Shown here: positions 34,145 to 47,801 of the stretch, in pieces
Layout of the letters: each line of letters starts with the position of its first letter
Position numbering within the stretch: position 1 is the stretch's first letter
Assembly: GCA_009103225.1 (NCBI GenBank)
Contig: RHPI01001737.1
Coordinates: 186,001 to 250,000, forward strand
DNA length: 64,000 nt
Origin: Chlorokybus atmophyticus
Lineage: Eukaryota > Plantae > Mesostigma and Chlorokybus algae
Reading direction: 5' to 3'
The notes under the pieces: generated by a model
Seen by the model: only the letters and a program-made list of their open reading frames with translations
What the model was told of the DNA's origin: nothing
Database searches by the model: none
Program-made: the position numbers and the translations under genes

Positions 34145-35969
34145 TCAGAGTGGGGCACAGAGCACTGGTAGCCTGTTGTTTGGTCGGGCCAATGTGAGTT
34201 TTGAAGATTTGGGTGGTGATGGTAGCTTCGCCATGTCAGTTGCAGCGCGTCCTGCTTGCAGCCGTTCCCGCGCCACCCGTTCGCGAGCAGCACGGGTCAG
34301 CAGCTTGCCAGCGTGCTGCTGGCATGTCATTAAAGCAGCTGCTCCCTTTGACAGCAGGGCGGCCTTACATGTGGCTGTCACAGCTGTTGCAACTGTGGCA
34401 GCACCGACGCAATATTGAAAGGTGGACTTTGCAGTGTATGCAGTGAAGCGGGTCGCATGACCTGCTGTCACAAATGGCAGCACGGCAGCAGTGGTAACCT
34501 TGCTGCTGAGCTTGCCACCCAGGTTCACCACACCACGAACAAGCGGTCTGTCCTTCTGGCTGGTAGCAGCCGCTGTCGCTACAGCCATCATCGCTCGCAC
34601 AGGGGCAACAGATTGCTGCACGCTCATGGACTTCTGTATGAGCCTCAGGCCAGCAGAGCCAGCAAAGTAGGCAACTGCAGCGTTGCTGGCACGAGACAAC
34701 AATTGGAGGGTCTCCGGTTCAAAGATCAGCTGTCCTATGTGCCACAACCGATCTGTGGGGGTGGGCTGCGGACGCATGCGGCGTTCAAGTACAATAGCAC
34801 GTATCGCTGACTTGTGCGCCTTGTCAACGCCGAGGGTGTACCGGCAGAGGTTATTCACGTAATGCCTGTCACGAGAGATTGGTCAGATATACAAGCCACA
34901 AATGCTGGTTGATGGTGAACTATCCTGTGCTGTTGCTCACCTGCAATCATTATTGTTAAGCTCATAGTAGAGATCCTGCGCACTGTTGAAGGTGCGAATT
35001 TCTTCGAGTGACATGGGCGTGCGCCCTATGAGCATACACGTTTCAGGAAGAGAGTCCAGAACCTGTGATATATGGAGGGTAAGATGAGAAACTGTGAAAT
35101 TGAGATGACCATGTCACACCTGATCATTGCCACACTTACCGTTTCGCGGACTTCACCGGGTTTGGCCTTGCGTCGGCGAGGTCGCATGCTGGTCATGTCT
35201 GTGCCAATGGATGCCATGGCGCCCAGTGAGTGTGACTGCGCTCGTCGAAGACGTGAAAACAGATGTGTCTTGGCTATGTCACCACCAGTAGGTCCAAAGT
35301 CAAATTGGATTATTTGCCCCTGCCAGTTGCGCAACACAGTATTGGCTACAACTTTACAACAGGTGGAAACGACAACTGGGACTTGCAAAGCTCAACTGGA
35401 ACTGGCTATAAATGCAGCTATCGTGTAGGTTGGTTTAAGTTCACAGTAGTGCCTTGCTCAATGTCAGCTGCCGCGTGCATAACGACCTATCAACAGCGTG
35501 TGGCTCTAGGTGCGACTGTCAGGTCAATTGTGGTATGCTCCGAACTTTGCAATATGAATGCACCGCTAGTCACTCTTGTTCAACATATGCACGAGGGTAC
35601 ATCTGCACCTGACAATGAGTTTCAAGAACGCACTCAGCTTGCAAATATGGTTGACCTATTGCAACTAAACGGGCCACATGTCCATTGGCATAACTGTCCA
35701 AGATACCAGCGTCTGCTCGTATCAAAGATTCAAGTACTGACCTGTGGAGTTTGGACAATGGCCATGTAGTGGCAAACTCCAAGGTCGCGAAGGGCTGCCT
35801 TCACGTGGCATGGAAGTGCAGCGTACAGCCTCCCGCCAAAATCCCGCAGCGGCCGAATGGCAGCATACACATCCAACCCCTCCTCAGCTGTGCTTGTAAC
35901 AAGTCCTAATCTATCAAGTCCCGCTGGCGCCGAAGCACAGCGCCGCCTCAAGCCAGCACTGCTACTCAT
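34145..35969 (-). CDS. Uncharacterised protein with permuted papain-like (PPPDE/DeSI-like) His-Cys motifs; N-terminus uncertain
   Basis: Spliced reading DVYAAIRPL...GVCHYMAIVQTPQ|GQIIQFDFGPTGGDI...PGEVRET|VLDSLPETC...SLEEIRTFN...YYELNNNDCR|HYVNNLCRYTLG, then an Ala-rich tail. Introns are GT-AG and preserve the frame. Confidence 0.65.
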
Positions 35970-37419
35970 CTCTATCAACGAGGACTGCTCAATTCCACTA
36001 CTTAGACTATCAACCGGACTTGTGCCTAGAGCAGAGTGCTACAACACGAGTTCGGCGTGAGATATGTACAGCGAAAGCGCTTCTTGCCCAGCGGTTGCTG
36101 CGATTCCTGTTCGCCTTGTTGACAAACAATGGCAATGTGGCCACTAACTACACCTTCCTCGACAAGGGCGACACGCTGATCGCCTCAACGCCACACTGGC
36201 GGAAGCATACATGAGTTGGCGAACCAGGCGTTTTGGTGCAACAACACCGCGTTATTGAAGACCAGACACTGTTTGCAAAGGTGGGTTGATACGCAACGGT
36301 AAAGAGCGAGGGCCTTCCTGCGCGAGACCACACACGTCTTAGCCGACCGGTCCGACGCAGCCCAACTCTACAGACACAATTACACACAGCAAAGACCTGG
36401 GGCAACAACATGCAATGCTGACTTCCAAGCCGCCAAGCTAACAACGACACGCACCCCGAGGCCAAGGAGAGCGCCGGTAGGGCGGACGTACCGGTCGATG
36501 AAACAACCGACTGCTAGGAAGAACGCCCAGTAACAAGAACTTGCCACCGTGGCCAACAACAGCACTCCAGACACTGCTATTTCTATAACCCCACTCCAGC
36601 ACCCGGCCACGCTCCACGCTTCGCGGACCCCCGTGCACACTCCTCACCTCCACGCCGACCCGCCCGCCCTCCTGCCTGCGCTTGCGAGCAGCAGCGCCAA
36701 TCTCCCGCCCAGACAACCGCCACCCTTTCGGGCGAGCATAATTGTGCGCGGGACAGCTGGACGAATATGGCTGGACGCGAGATCCGCCCGACTGACCGCA
36801 GTTAGAACTAGCTCTGACCGCTGCGTTGCGACTGCGCCGACATGCGATGAGTATCGATTGCACTAGGCCGTAGTCGCGCACACTACTGGCGCGGCCGCTG
36901 GTTGGTAGCAGCGCCGACGCGGTTAACGCTTAACCGAGGGGGCCCAACACGTAGCTGGCGCGGCCGGCGGTGGCAAGGCCGCCGTGCTGACAAAGCCTTC
37001 GTCACAACACCTTCCCGTCCGTCAGTCGGACCCGTGCCCGCGCTCTGCGGTGACACTCAACAGTGTCAACTGTACTGACGCGCAAAACGCGGAAGGAAGA
37101 GGAATGTTCGCGAATATCCCCAAAAGCTGGTACGTTGGAGGAATCCTAGAGGAATAAGAATCCGGACAATGCGTGCCAGTTTGGCCCTTTTTGGCAGCTG
37201 ACACCCAAAAACGCTGTCTATATATTGCCACTGCCTCGGATCTCGGTGATGCGACCGTTTGCGCAGAAACAGGGGGATGCCTGGATTCTCTCAGCCAGAT
37301 TGAACGACCGGCATGGACGCGTCATTTACCGACATACGCTCTGCTCTTTCTACGCCGACCACCTTGCTGATCCCAATCGGCAAGCTGCTTTGGGAACAGG
37401 TTCTGTGAACTCGCACGAA

Positions 37420-37428
37420 TTAGGGTTT
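37420..37428 (-). promoter_or_regulatory. Telo-box (AAACCCTAA) upstream of eIF2B-delta
   Basis: TTAGGGTTT about 118 bp before the ATG of a translation-factor gene. Telo-boxes are enriched in such promoters in plants, but a 9-mer could occur by chance. Confidence 0.4.
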
Positions 37429-37545
37429 CCTGGCGTGTAACCCCAGGGCGCAGGCGGTGATGTTGGCGGCGTCGTGGCTGGGGATTTGGTGTTAGGTACG
37501 TCAGGCGTGCATGAAGTAGCGCAGCCGTCTATGCAACAGACATAG

Positions 37546-40500
37546 ATGAGCGCCAGGCGTTTTGGAGACCTGAGGTTGGAGCATGGACTCCCAGCGTGTG
37601 CGAGCCGACAGGTGCTGCACTGCAACTACGCTGAATTGGACTGCAGTGTGCAATGGTTGTGCATCGTTGCTGGTGTATGCATCGCCGTAACATTGCTTTA
37701 TTTGCATTTATTTTCACTGTGTCTACATGCTGGGCATGTTTTCACAGCCAGCATTGTGCCGGGTTAGCACTCAGGCATGCATGCAAGGCTGTCATGCTGC
37801 CAGTGTTGTGAACTTGCATTGGAAGTTGCTCTCTCATCTTGCGGGTGAATGCTCTTTGCAGCGCACCTAAGGTGCGACGGGTGGGGTTTGTCACTTCGTC
37901 TGAGCTTGGAACAGCAACAGCAGCAGCAGCAAGCACAGCTAGCGACGCTGGAAAGGAGCTCGAGCCTAAGCAAATCTTGCCAAGTCAGTGTTCACTGCTG
38001 TTGTCTATGTGGTCATAAGATGGTAGCTGTTAGCACACCAATTTGTCAGGTGGGTAGGCAGCCAGCACCATGTGCATGTTGATGTTGCATGCCTTCAGTA
38101 CTGTGGTATTGTGGTTGTCTTCTCGCGGGCTTCGTCAATCACAACTTGCATGACGGCTCGTCTATTTCAGGTGGCCGCGATGGTCCATCTCCTGTCATTA
38201 TTCCCCCACCGCTGCCCAATGCAGAAGCCAAAGACAACCCGCCTTTCGGCTTGCCCGCTTTGTTGGAGGTTGACCGGCTAGCAGCAGGGGCCCAATCAGA
38301 TGAGCTGCGAACAACCCCTCCGGGTGCAAGTCACCTGTCAGAACCTCCTTCACCAACAATGTCGATTGCTAGTGGCATTTCCAACGTTTCTATGGGTAAG
38401 CATTTGCCATTGCCACACTGGTCACATACACAACATCAAGGTCAACAACCCAGCACTCATGTGTTCAGGCGACACTGCACCCAGTGCAACAGCCATAGCC
38501 CCTCCAGCAGCGCTCCTACCACTGCACACCTCGCAAGCCGCTGCAGCAACCACATTTGCAGCAGTGACAGCAACACCAGGTGACAGCAACACCAGGCTGC
38601 ACAAGTCCTCAAAGTCAGCATTGCGCTCCCGAATCAACTGCAATGCCGAGGCATGGTTGCTCACTTACTATCATTTTGGTGCAGCAAATTTGCCAAGCAT
38701 TGCCACAGGACCTCTGGAGCGGCGGGACTCGCAGCCAGTGGTCACACCTGTAGGCAGCCTCAGGTCGGAACCTTCCTCCTCACGAGTACATGCAATTCAA
38801 GAGCAACCGCAAACAAAGAGTGCGGTACCTGCTGACCTGCCCCGCACGCCGATTGCAAAGGGGAAGCCCGAACAACAGCAAGACAACGCGGCTGAAAAAC
38901 CAAAGACGACTCGTGCGGAAAGGAGAGCAAAGCAGGTCTGTGAGTGCATTTACGATTGTCGCGCTGTACAAACGTGCCCTGACCCTTGGCATGTCAGGAA
39001 GCACAAAGAGCGGCTAAGGCTGCGGCTGCCGGTGCAGAAGCTCCCAGTGGCGGAACTGAAAAGGCCGCGAAGCCAGCCCCCAAAGTGGTAGAGGCACCTG
39101 TGTCCGTTGCCGAAGAGAAGAAAGGAGCAGCTAAAGCCGCTACGATCCCCCACAAGCCTTCTGCGCGCATGCAATTTGATGACAAGAAACAGGCATGGTG
39201 ACTTAAGCAAGAACTTTGAGCAAATTTGGCCCGATACCAATGGTTTGTGTCCAGGTTGCCAAGTCTGCTAAAAAGGCTGTCATGCCCAGACCAACGAGCT
39301 CCACTAGACCAGTGGAGCTGTTTTCACATTTACCGCAGGTTGGACTGATCAGCAGGGGCTATGCAGCTGACTTGTATGTCAGTAGCTGCTGGTGCTCAGG
39401 CAGCCGGCATCTAACAATGGGAATGCCGCAGTATGATCGAGAAGCATTGCTTTCGTCACTGCTGGAAGTGGGGTTCGCATCCTCACAACTGCATCCAGCA
39501 GTCACTCAGCTTGGACTGCGCTTTGCGGAAGGGTTGATCACAGGCAGCAATGAACGTTGTATAGCAATGTTGAAAACTTTCAGGTTTGCTTTGCCCCCCT
39601 TGCCCGTCCCTCCCGTTCGTCACCTGCTCGTAGGCCTCGTAGTTTGCCAGTCAGGCAAATAAACGGCCCTTACACCTTCTTGCAGGCAGGTTATAGAAGA
39701 CTACACCACCCCATCTGAGAAAACACTTGCACGCGACCTTACTGCACGCTTCAATGCCATCATTCAGTTCCTTATCGACTGCAGACCGCTTTCAGTTGGG
39801 TGAGTACATTGAGTAGCATGTGCTACGCTCGGCACTGGCTGACCTGTTTCTCACGCCAATGCAGCATGGGGAACGCTATCAAGTTCTTGAAGTTGAACAT
39901 AGCAGGCACCCCTGTGGTACGTGTCTAGCCCTAGGTATCCCATTCTCTTATAGGCCTGCAAAATGTTTTTTGCTTCCAGCTTGCTACCTTTCATTGGTCA
40001 TGCATTATGGCAAACCACTTGTGTTATGCAGTCAATGAGCGAAGCAGACGCAAAGGCACACCTCATTGCAGAGATCGATCGGTATATTCAGGAAAAGGCA
40101 AGCATTCTGCCTGCTGTTTGTGCAGCTGTCAGGCATCCAGTTGTTCACAGCCCACTGGCACTCACTGACACCAACACTGGGTAGTGCAGATTGTGTTTGC
40201 AAACACAGTGATTGTAAAGCACGCTGTTTCCAAAATCATAGATGGAGATGTTATCCTCACACATGGACAGTAAGTGACAGTGGCGCTTATGTGGGGATGT
40301 CTTTGTGGTCAGAGCAGTCGATGGTTGATGCTCGCACATTTCCCTGCAGGTCAGATGTTGTGCAGCAGCTATTGCTGACCGCGCATTCTATGGGCAAGCA
40401 GTTCCGTGTGGTACTGGTGAGTGCCGCGCGAAGGTTGGCATGCTCGTCATCAAGACCTTAGACAAACAAGTTGCTGATTTTTACAGTAGTTGTGTGGCTG

Positions 40501-41600
40501 TTGATACATTGCGTTTTGTGATGCTCTTGGGTAATGCAGGTTGACTCAAGACCGAAGTTGCCTGGTCGGCAAATGTTGAGCTCGTTGCTGAAGTGAGATG
40601 GTGGCCGTATTGCAGTGTTGCTGCTAGGTTAATGCTTGCGTTGTGCGTTAGTTTATATGCCTGTGTAACGATTTTGCATTCCTCCCCAGGGCAGGGCTGC
40701 ACTGCACATACACAAACACAACAGCCCTTTCTTACATCATGAGAGAGGTTACTAAGGTATTTGAGCAATTGGTTTTGAATGTAATCCATTGGCACAGCAG
40801 TTACCGCCGGGCTGGAACGCAAAGGATGGTGTGAGTCATTGTATGGTTGGTATGGTCAGGTGTTTCTCGGTGCAGCAGCTGTGCTTTCAAACGGCACGGT
40901 GATTGCGGGCGTTGGATCCGCCGCAACAGCCATGGTACGTGCGGCAGGTTGTTGCAAACACTGTGTCATTATGGGAGTTTGTTGCGCCAAGGTTGAACAC
41001 ACCTTGCTTGCAGGTTGCGGAAGCTTATGGCAAGCCCGTGATGATTTGCTGCGAGACATGCAAGTTTCATGAACGAGTGCAACTGGACTCAATATGCTCC
41101 AATGAGTTAGGTACGCCACTCTGCCGTGCCAGTTTTTTTCCTGCTTGGGCTCGTATGCACTCCACATGCATACATGTATATATGCCCCTAGGTGATCCTG
41201 AAGCGCTGGTGGACACTGGCAGTAGAAGAACACTGCAGGTTCTTAAGGGCTGGCAGGACATCCCACAGTTGCGGCTCCTCAATCTCACGTAAGTTGGCCA
41301 CATTGTTGTGCACATGCAAGCGTGTCAGTGCTTGTTCATGTCGTGCACAGGACCGCTTGTTGATGCAGATTGAAGTTTCTTGATGGTATAACTGATTGCG
41401 CAATAACATTTCTTGCAGGTATGATGCAATGCCTGCGTCTTATGTGACCATGATTGTAACAGAGTTTGGGATGGTAAGTCAGTTCTGCGTGCGCTTGAAG
41501 TGTTTGCTGGCCGTATGCGCTCACACAACTCCACTGGCAGATTCCGGTGACAAGCGTGCCAGTCATCTTGCGAGAATACAGGACAGAGCCAAACCTGTAG
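37546..41600 (+). CDS. EIF2B4: Translation initiation factor eIF2B subunit delta (multi-exon)
   Basis: MSARRFGDLS|APKVRRVGF, SPVIIPPP, TTRAERRAKQE, VELFSHLPQ, LHPAV...ITGSNERCIAML, DCRPLSV, SMGNAIKFLK, DGDVILTHG, VFLGAAAVLSNG, CETCKFHERVQLDSICSNELG, YDAMPASYVTMIVTEFGM|IPVTSVPVILRE. Confidence 0.93.
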
Positions 41601-41795
41601 GTTTAGCCGAAGACACACATTGTTGTTCTAGTGTGCAACTAGTGTGTAGATAAATGAGCCTTCACCATGTGCTGGATTGCATGATTGGTAGCACATGCAG
41701 AGTTTGCGCTGCTGACGCAGTTGATACTCGTGTGCATCCATGTGTAGTAATTGTGAAGAGAGGCAAGTTTTGCTTGTTCCATGGCACTTGATGGT

Positions 41796-44700
41796 TCATG
41801 TTTGTGGTTGGTGCACAGCACAAATGCGGAGTGCAGGTGCTGATAGTGTTTTTGCAACCTTCTCTACCACTGCCTGAAGTGCGTGATGTCCGGCAGCCAC
41901 TGCGGTGCGCATCTCCTTCAGCTCAGCAGCCGATGAGAAGTATTCGTCATCCAACGTTTTTGCAAGCTGCGTGTGCGCATGTAAGCAGCGCATTGTTGCA
42001 AGCTCTTGGGCGGTTGTCAGCAGTTGCCAGCGAGATCTGCACTTACCTGGTTGAGAGCGTTACTGACGGTAGCCGCAGCTGCTTGCAAACATCTTTTGAG
42101 TGCATCGATTTGCTGTTCAGACAGCGGCAATGTCTGGCTGTCATCCAGCTTTCCTGCCACAGCCAATGCACTTGACAGCCTTTCATCAACGGCCATCATC
42201 TCTGATGCTGCGACATCAGCAGCGCTTCTTATGTCTGCAGCCATCAGACATATGAGATTGTCAGTTTGGCGTGAACGTTGTGCATGAAGATCAGAAGTCT
42301 TAGTGAAGGCAACCCTTGCGTCGCACCTGCAAGTGTTTCCTCTAGAGGTACTGCTTTCAAGTTGGATTTTGCAGGACTTCTCACAGCCCGCTGAAGACTC
42401 ACCTGGGATGCCACCAACACACCTGCTGCGCGCATGCTGGCACTCTGCAAGTACCTTGTCAGTTTGTGTGGGTGCATGAATTGTCACCAAGAGCCGTCAT
42501 CTGAGAGCACCTGTGCATGCTCCATTATGGCAGCAGCTTCCCCGTATTCGCCTGCCAGCCTCCTCGCAACAGCAACCTGCCAGAATCACCGCAGTGAGTC
42601 TCAGCAGTTGTTGGCTGCATCTAATGCTGTAGATTGCTCGTACTTGTATCTCCGCTGCCCGCCTCTGCCAGGTCAGTACAGCTGCCTGGGTGCATCTTCT
42701 CAGGGCGTGTACAGCCTTTGCATCCATAGCTGTTGTCTCACCTAGTGCAGACTCCACTCGCATTGCTGCCTGCAGGGCAGTTAGCATCAGCATGCGACAT
42801 GTCTGCATGTTGGAAGGCATATCAGTTGCAACACGCACTTGCGAAACAGCTTCGCGCAACGCTACGCGTGCAGACTCTGCACAGGCACGAATGGTGGCTG
42901 CTTCCTCCGCACGCGCAAGTGTTGAAGCCATGCCCTGCAGGAGAGTCCGACAACAGCGTGTTAGGCCTCAAGCAAACCATCAGTGACAAGCTGAAGCTTT
43001 GTCAGACTTGCTGTTCATGTGCACCTGTTCAATAGCGGGTTGTGTACGGGCGATGGCTGCACTCACAGCCTCTTCTGCGACCCTCAATGTGTGGCTTACG
43101 CCCTCGTTATCACCGCCCCTTACAAGCTCAATGACTGCAGTCGTGCACTCATCCAGCGCCAGAGCTATGTCTTTCAAAGCCTGCCGAAAAAGACAGGACG
43201 ACTCATGTTGTTGTTGCCACGCCGTCTGGGACACAAGACCATAGTTATGTTGTTATTGTCAAACCTGGCTGATGACGGCTGACACTCCTGGAGCTACTTT
43301 TGCAAGGTCTTGAGCGAGGGCTGTCTCTATTAGAGAAGTGCGCTCCAGGATCTCAGTTTTAGCCTGCACAGATACGCAAGTCAACGTGCGTGTGCTTGCA
43401 ATGACTGTTGTTAAGTTCAAGTACCTCTTTCAGTCTCGCCATAGCCTGCCCGCTCCAATCTGAACCTGTAGCGATGTTGACATATAGTTGTTTAGTTGCA
43501 TGTGATATGTGCATCAAGACCAGGTTACTCACCTTTGCCTGCACGTTGAACAGCTTGCGCAACCTCCTCCCCGAATGTCTGCACAGCCAGGGGAGGGCAT
43601 TGGAGTTGCTGTTTCACCTGCTGTTACACCCACACATCACAGCTGTATACGCACCTCTAGCAGCTGCGCAATGCGTGCGCGCAAAGCCGAAGCATGGTCC
43701 AGCGTGCTTCGATTGTCAGTTGGACTGAGCGGTCCCTTGGACACTTGATGCTTCAAAGCCTGCGCAGGGTTAAAACGCATGTCGGGTTGTGCTTGTGCTA
43801 TGGTTGCAACCAGCCGCTTCTCTCATCACCTCAGTGCCGGCTGCTGCGGCTTCGCTCAGAGCTGCCTGAACTTGCGCTACGGCCTCATCAACAGCATCAC
43901 AAACTTCCGCCAGCTGCTGCTCTTTACCCTGCCAGAAGTTACACACGTTCTAGGCTTTGTTGTTACCTTCACCACTACACTCTGTTAAAGTTTAATCAGG
44001 TACAGACCTTTTCGTTTGCCCCAATTGCCCCCAAGCATTTCTCCGTAGTTGACTTCAGGCTCTGTTCTACATCGGCGATAGCGTGGCCAACTATGACTGC
44101 CAGCGGAAGCGGCTGCGCCTTGCCCTCGTGCCTGTCCGCTCCTGCTTTTGGTTTGCTTTCCAACGATAACACCCTGGCTTCAGAGCGGCTGGCAGCTGTG
44201 CTTAGTGGTGATGCACGCGCAGCGTGACTGGACTGCGCAGCTGCTTTGTTCGCCCTGTACGCGTGGTGTTGAGTACAGTGTCATGTACAGTGTTATGTAC
44301 AAACACGATCTCTGTGCCGAAGAGACACCATTACATACACGCGCAACAGTTGCACTTATACGGGTGTGACGTGTGTCCAATGTCTCACCTCGGCACGACT
44401 TCGGCTTTGGATTCTGCGTCTGTGCGTACACTTTCTTTCGCAGTGTATGCGACTGCATCATCGAGGTCCTCATCCTCATCCTCATCCTCATCCTCATCCT
44501 CATCCTCATCCTCATCCTCCTCTACTTCTCTCCTCCTATCATAAATAGTCGACCCGGCCCGTCCCGCTGGCCGTCTCTCTAAACTTGGATGTTGACGCAG
44601 CTCAGCTGTGTGTTGATGTTGCCCGGCTGCTGCCGGTGACGACAGCCTCTTCTCGGCCCTCGCAAAGGCCTCGTCTTGTTTATCCATCATGCGTGCAAGG

Positions 44701-47329
44701 ATCTGCGCCTGGTGATGTGGTTGACGTTAGCATCTGCAGCTGATATGCTTGCAACAAGGGTGTTTGTCTCATGCGCCTGCGTGTGTGTGTGTAATGCGCG
44801 CAGGCATATGTGCTTACGTATGTGCAAGTGTGCATACCTGCAGGACGCCTGCGTTGGCGGCGGCGGTGGCTGCGGCCGCAGTGGCCGCCGCCGTGGCTGC
44901 GGTGGTCTGCTGCAAAAGATCCCGCATGCGGACCAACTCCTCCTTGGCTTTCCGCAACTCATCCTAACATCAGCGAGAGTAAGTGCCTCCTGTACAACTC
45001 AGCTACCCCAACGTGACAGTATTGGTCAGCTACATCACCTCTGTTTGCGCTGCGGCCGCTGCTGACGCCGACATCGAGTCTCTCCTCCTAATCAGTCCCC
45101 TGTCACTCTCAACAAGCGAGTCCCGCAGGACAGATTCAATTGGGCGAGGCTGTGTTTTTGGAAGCAAGTCCCGAATGGCGCTCAGCTTGAGACTCTCCCA
45201 CGCGCTCAGCCCTGTAGCATAACCCCCACTTGAGCAACACATCATCCGGTTTGTTTGGCAGTCATCACAATGCATGCCTTCTGCGCTGACTCCCGTGCGG
45301 GCAGCGTATCGGCGTCGCGCAGGCATCGGCGCCGAGCGTGGCCTACGCCACACTGGCACCGACGCTGATACCGACGGCTCGGGAGCCTTCTCCTCCTCCT
45401 TAACATCATCAACATCCTGCTTCACAGGGGTCCTGGCTGCTCTTTCTTGTGTTGGTGACGCCCCGAGGAGAGCTGAGGCAGGACGGGGAGGGTGGGTAAC
45501 GGGCTTGGGCAGTCCTTTCGTGGCAAGTACTGATGTTGATGTTGCTTTGCTCGTTGATGGGTTTGTTGCTGTGTGAGCACCTTGCACCATAGCAAGCTGT
45601 CACAGACATAAACTGTTATTGTGTTACAGCATTGAGATGGATGATCCAGATGCATGGTTTTGTCATAATAATCACCTGCTGCCCGAGCATGCGGTTCTCT
45701 GCGTCGAGAGCCCTGTTCTTTGCCTCCAGCTGCTTGGCCCTCCTCTTGGTCTCCTCCAGCTCTTGCTTTAGTGCAGCCACCTGCAGTAGGACAAATGTGT
45801 ACACACAAGAGCGCACACACCTGTGCACATGCGCGTATGCATACACACGTGCGCGCACACTAACAGGGGGGCGATAGAAGGAGAGTGAATAGTACAGTGT
45901 AGGAGGCGCGCAAGCGCAAGGTGTAGCCCGGTGGTTGTGTATGTAGCATGGAGGTAAGTGTGATGCATGCTATTGCCATGTAAGCGTGTGACATGCTGTG
46001 TGTTTGATGTGCATGTGCATATGCCGCTCGCATTGCATACGCACGAACGCATGCAAACGCATGCGCACACCCGCACACACGCATGCGCAGGTTTACACGC
46101 ATGTATTTGCGGCATCGCATTGCGTGTGTGCATGCAATCGACATGTTTGTGATGACAACCAACACAATTAGAGCATTGAGTGCATCGTCCCTTACCTGAC
46201 GCATGAGGGCGTGGGCGTCGCCGGTCTTTGCTGCCCACACGTGATTGGCCGACGCCACGCGCGCGCTACCATTCGCAGCATGTTGTTTGTATTGTTGAGG
46301 ATGTGTTGCGGCTGTGGCGCTGGCCGCTGCTGGAGGCTCTGAGGGCATGCCTGGAGCGAAAGATCAGCACACACAACGGGACAATATTTCAGTGACTATT
46401 GTTTTCTAGTATTGTTGTCACATTGTCCACGCTGTATGCTGGATTGTGAAGCTTTCTCAACCATATAGCACCTGATGGGTTGAGTTCCAGTGTTTGGCGA
46501 GTGACGAGCGTGGGCTTCCGTTGCCCTCGTGCGCTTCCGGGTCTAACCTATGAACACAAGGAGAATGTTCGTAACGAGGTTTGAGTCATGTTCGCTGGTT
46601 GCATGCACGAGAGAGAGCTTTGTGCGACCACTCATACTGTCCGAAATCCAATTCTTGCATACCTGTGGCGTGCTGGCATCTGCCTCGCTTGTGGACTCCG
46701 CAATCTGCAACAGAAGAATGCTTCGTGAGAGTTCAGCAACGGCACTCGGACACGCGTTGCTTGCATCCACCTTCTTCGGTCTGTTGTCAACGCATCCAAC
46801 CGTGCGACGAGCCGCATACCAAAGTTGCTGTGATATGTGCGAAGACACGTGTAGTAGCGATCAGAGATACGGTGCTCGTGCATGTGTTGTGTGATACCAG
46901 AAGCGAGCATGCAGGTGTAACCCACCCTTGCTCTGTGAGTTTCAAGAGCAACATCGTCTGGGACCCCACCCAAGATGCGTGCGTGCGTGCGTGATGTACT
47001 GAAGCCAACAATGCACTAACGCTGCTGGTGTGCGAACTGGCGCTGCCAGGCCGACGCAGCTGCGGCTGCTCCCCTGCGCCGCTGCGCTGCACCTCCGCAG
47101 GCCTTTCATTCGCTACTTCATCCTCACCCTCCTCTTCAGCTACCTCCACTCCTCCCTCGCCATCCTCACCCCAGGCCTTCCTGCTCATGCCTCCAGACCG
47201 CCGCGTCTTCACAAGGATAGCGCTACTGGCCAACGTGTCGTCGATCTCCTCATCCGCCCGCAGCAGGACGCCTTCATCGGCGTCTTCTTCAACAGACTCG
47301 GCCTGGTCCTCGTCGTCGTCCTCCCTCAT
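41796..47329 (-). CDS. Large multi-exon low-complexity/coiled-coil protein of unknown function (both ends approximate)
   Basis: Series of GT-AG-bounded open segments on minus: acidic MREDDDEDQ..., VAALKQELEETKRRAKQLEAKNRALDAENRML, ELRKAKEELVRMRDLLQQ, a poly-ED run, and Ala-rich helical exons (GKEQQLAEVCDAVDEAVAQVQAALSEAAAA). No family recognised; may be more than one gene. Confidence 0.55.
44467..44520. repeat. (TCCTCA)n hexanucleotide microsatellite, encoding (ED)n on minus
   Basis: About 8-9 perfect units read directly. Confidence 0.95.
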
Positions 47330-47513
47330 CGCTGCCGCCGCCGCCGCCGCCGCCGGCCAGGTTGGGGAGGACAGCCCCAGGAGTCTGGGCTATGATCACG
47401 TGACCAGATCCCTTGCTATAGGCAGACTTTATACCTGAATCCTGAACCAGGGTGAAGTACTACTGATTAAATCTTGTTCATCAGTAATAGGGGGAACGGG
47501 GGTAGCTGAAGAG

Positions 47514-47801
47514 NNNNNNNNNNNNNNNNNNNNNNNNNNNNNNNNNNNNNNNNNNNNNNNNNNNNNNNNNNNNNNNNNNNNNNNNNNNNNNNNNNNNNNN
47601 NNNNNNNNNNNNNNNNNNNNNNNNNNNNNNNNNNNNNNNNNNNNNNNNNNNNNNNNNNNNNNNNNNNNNNNNNNNNNNNNNNNNNNNNNNNNNNNNNNNN
47701 NNNNNNNNNNNNNNNNNNNNNNNNNNNNNNNNNNNNNNNNNNNNNNNNNNNNNNNNNNNNNNNNNNNNNNNNNNNNNNNNNNNNNNNNNNNNNNNNNNNN
47801 N
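47514..47801. other. Assembly gap (N run)
   Basis: N run followed by a G run. Confidence 0.99.
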
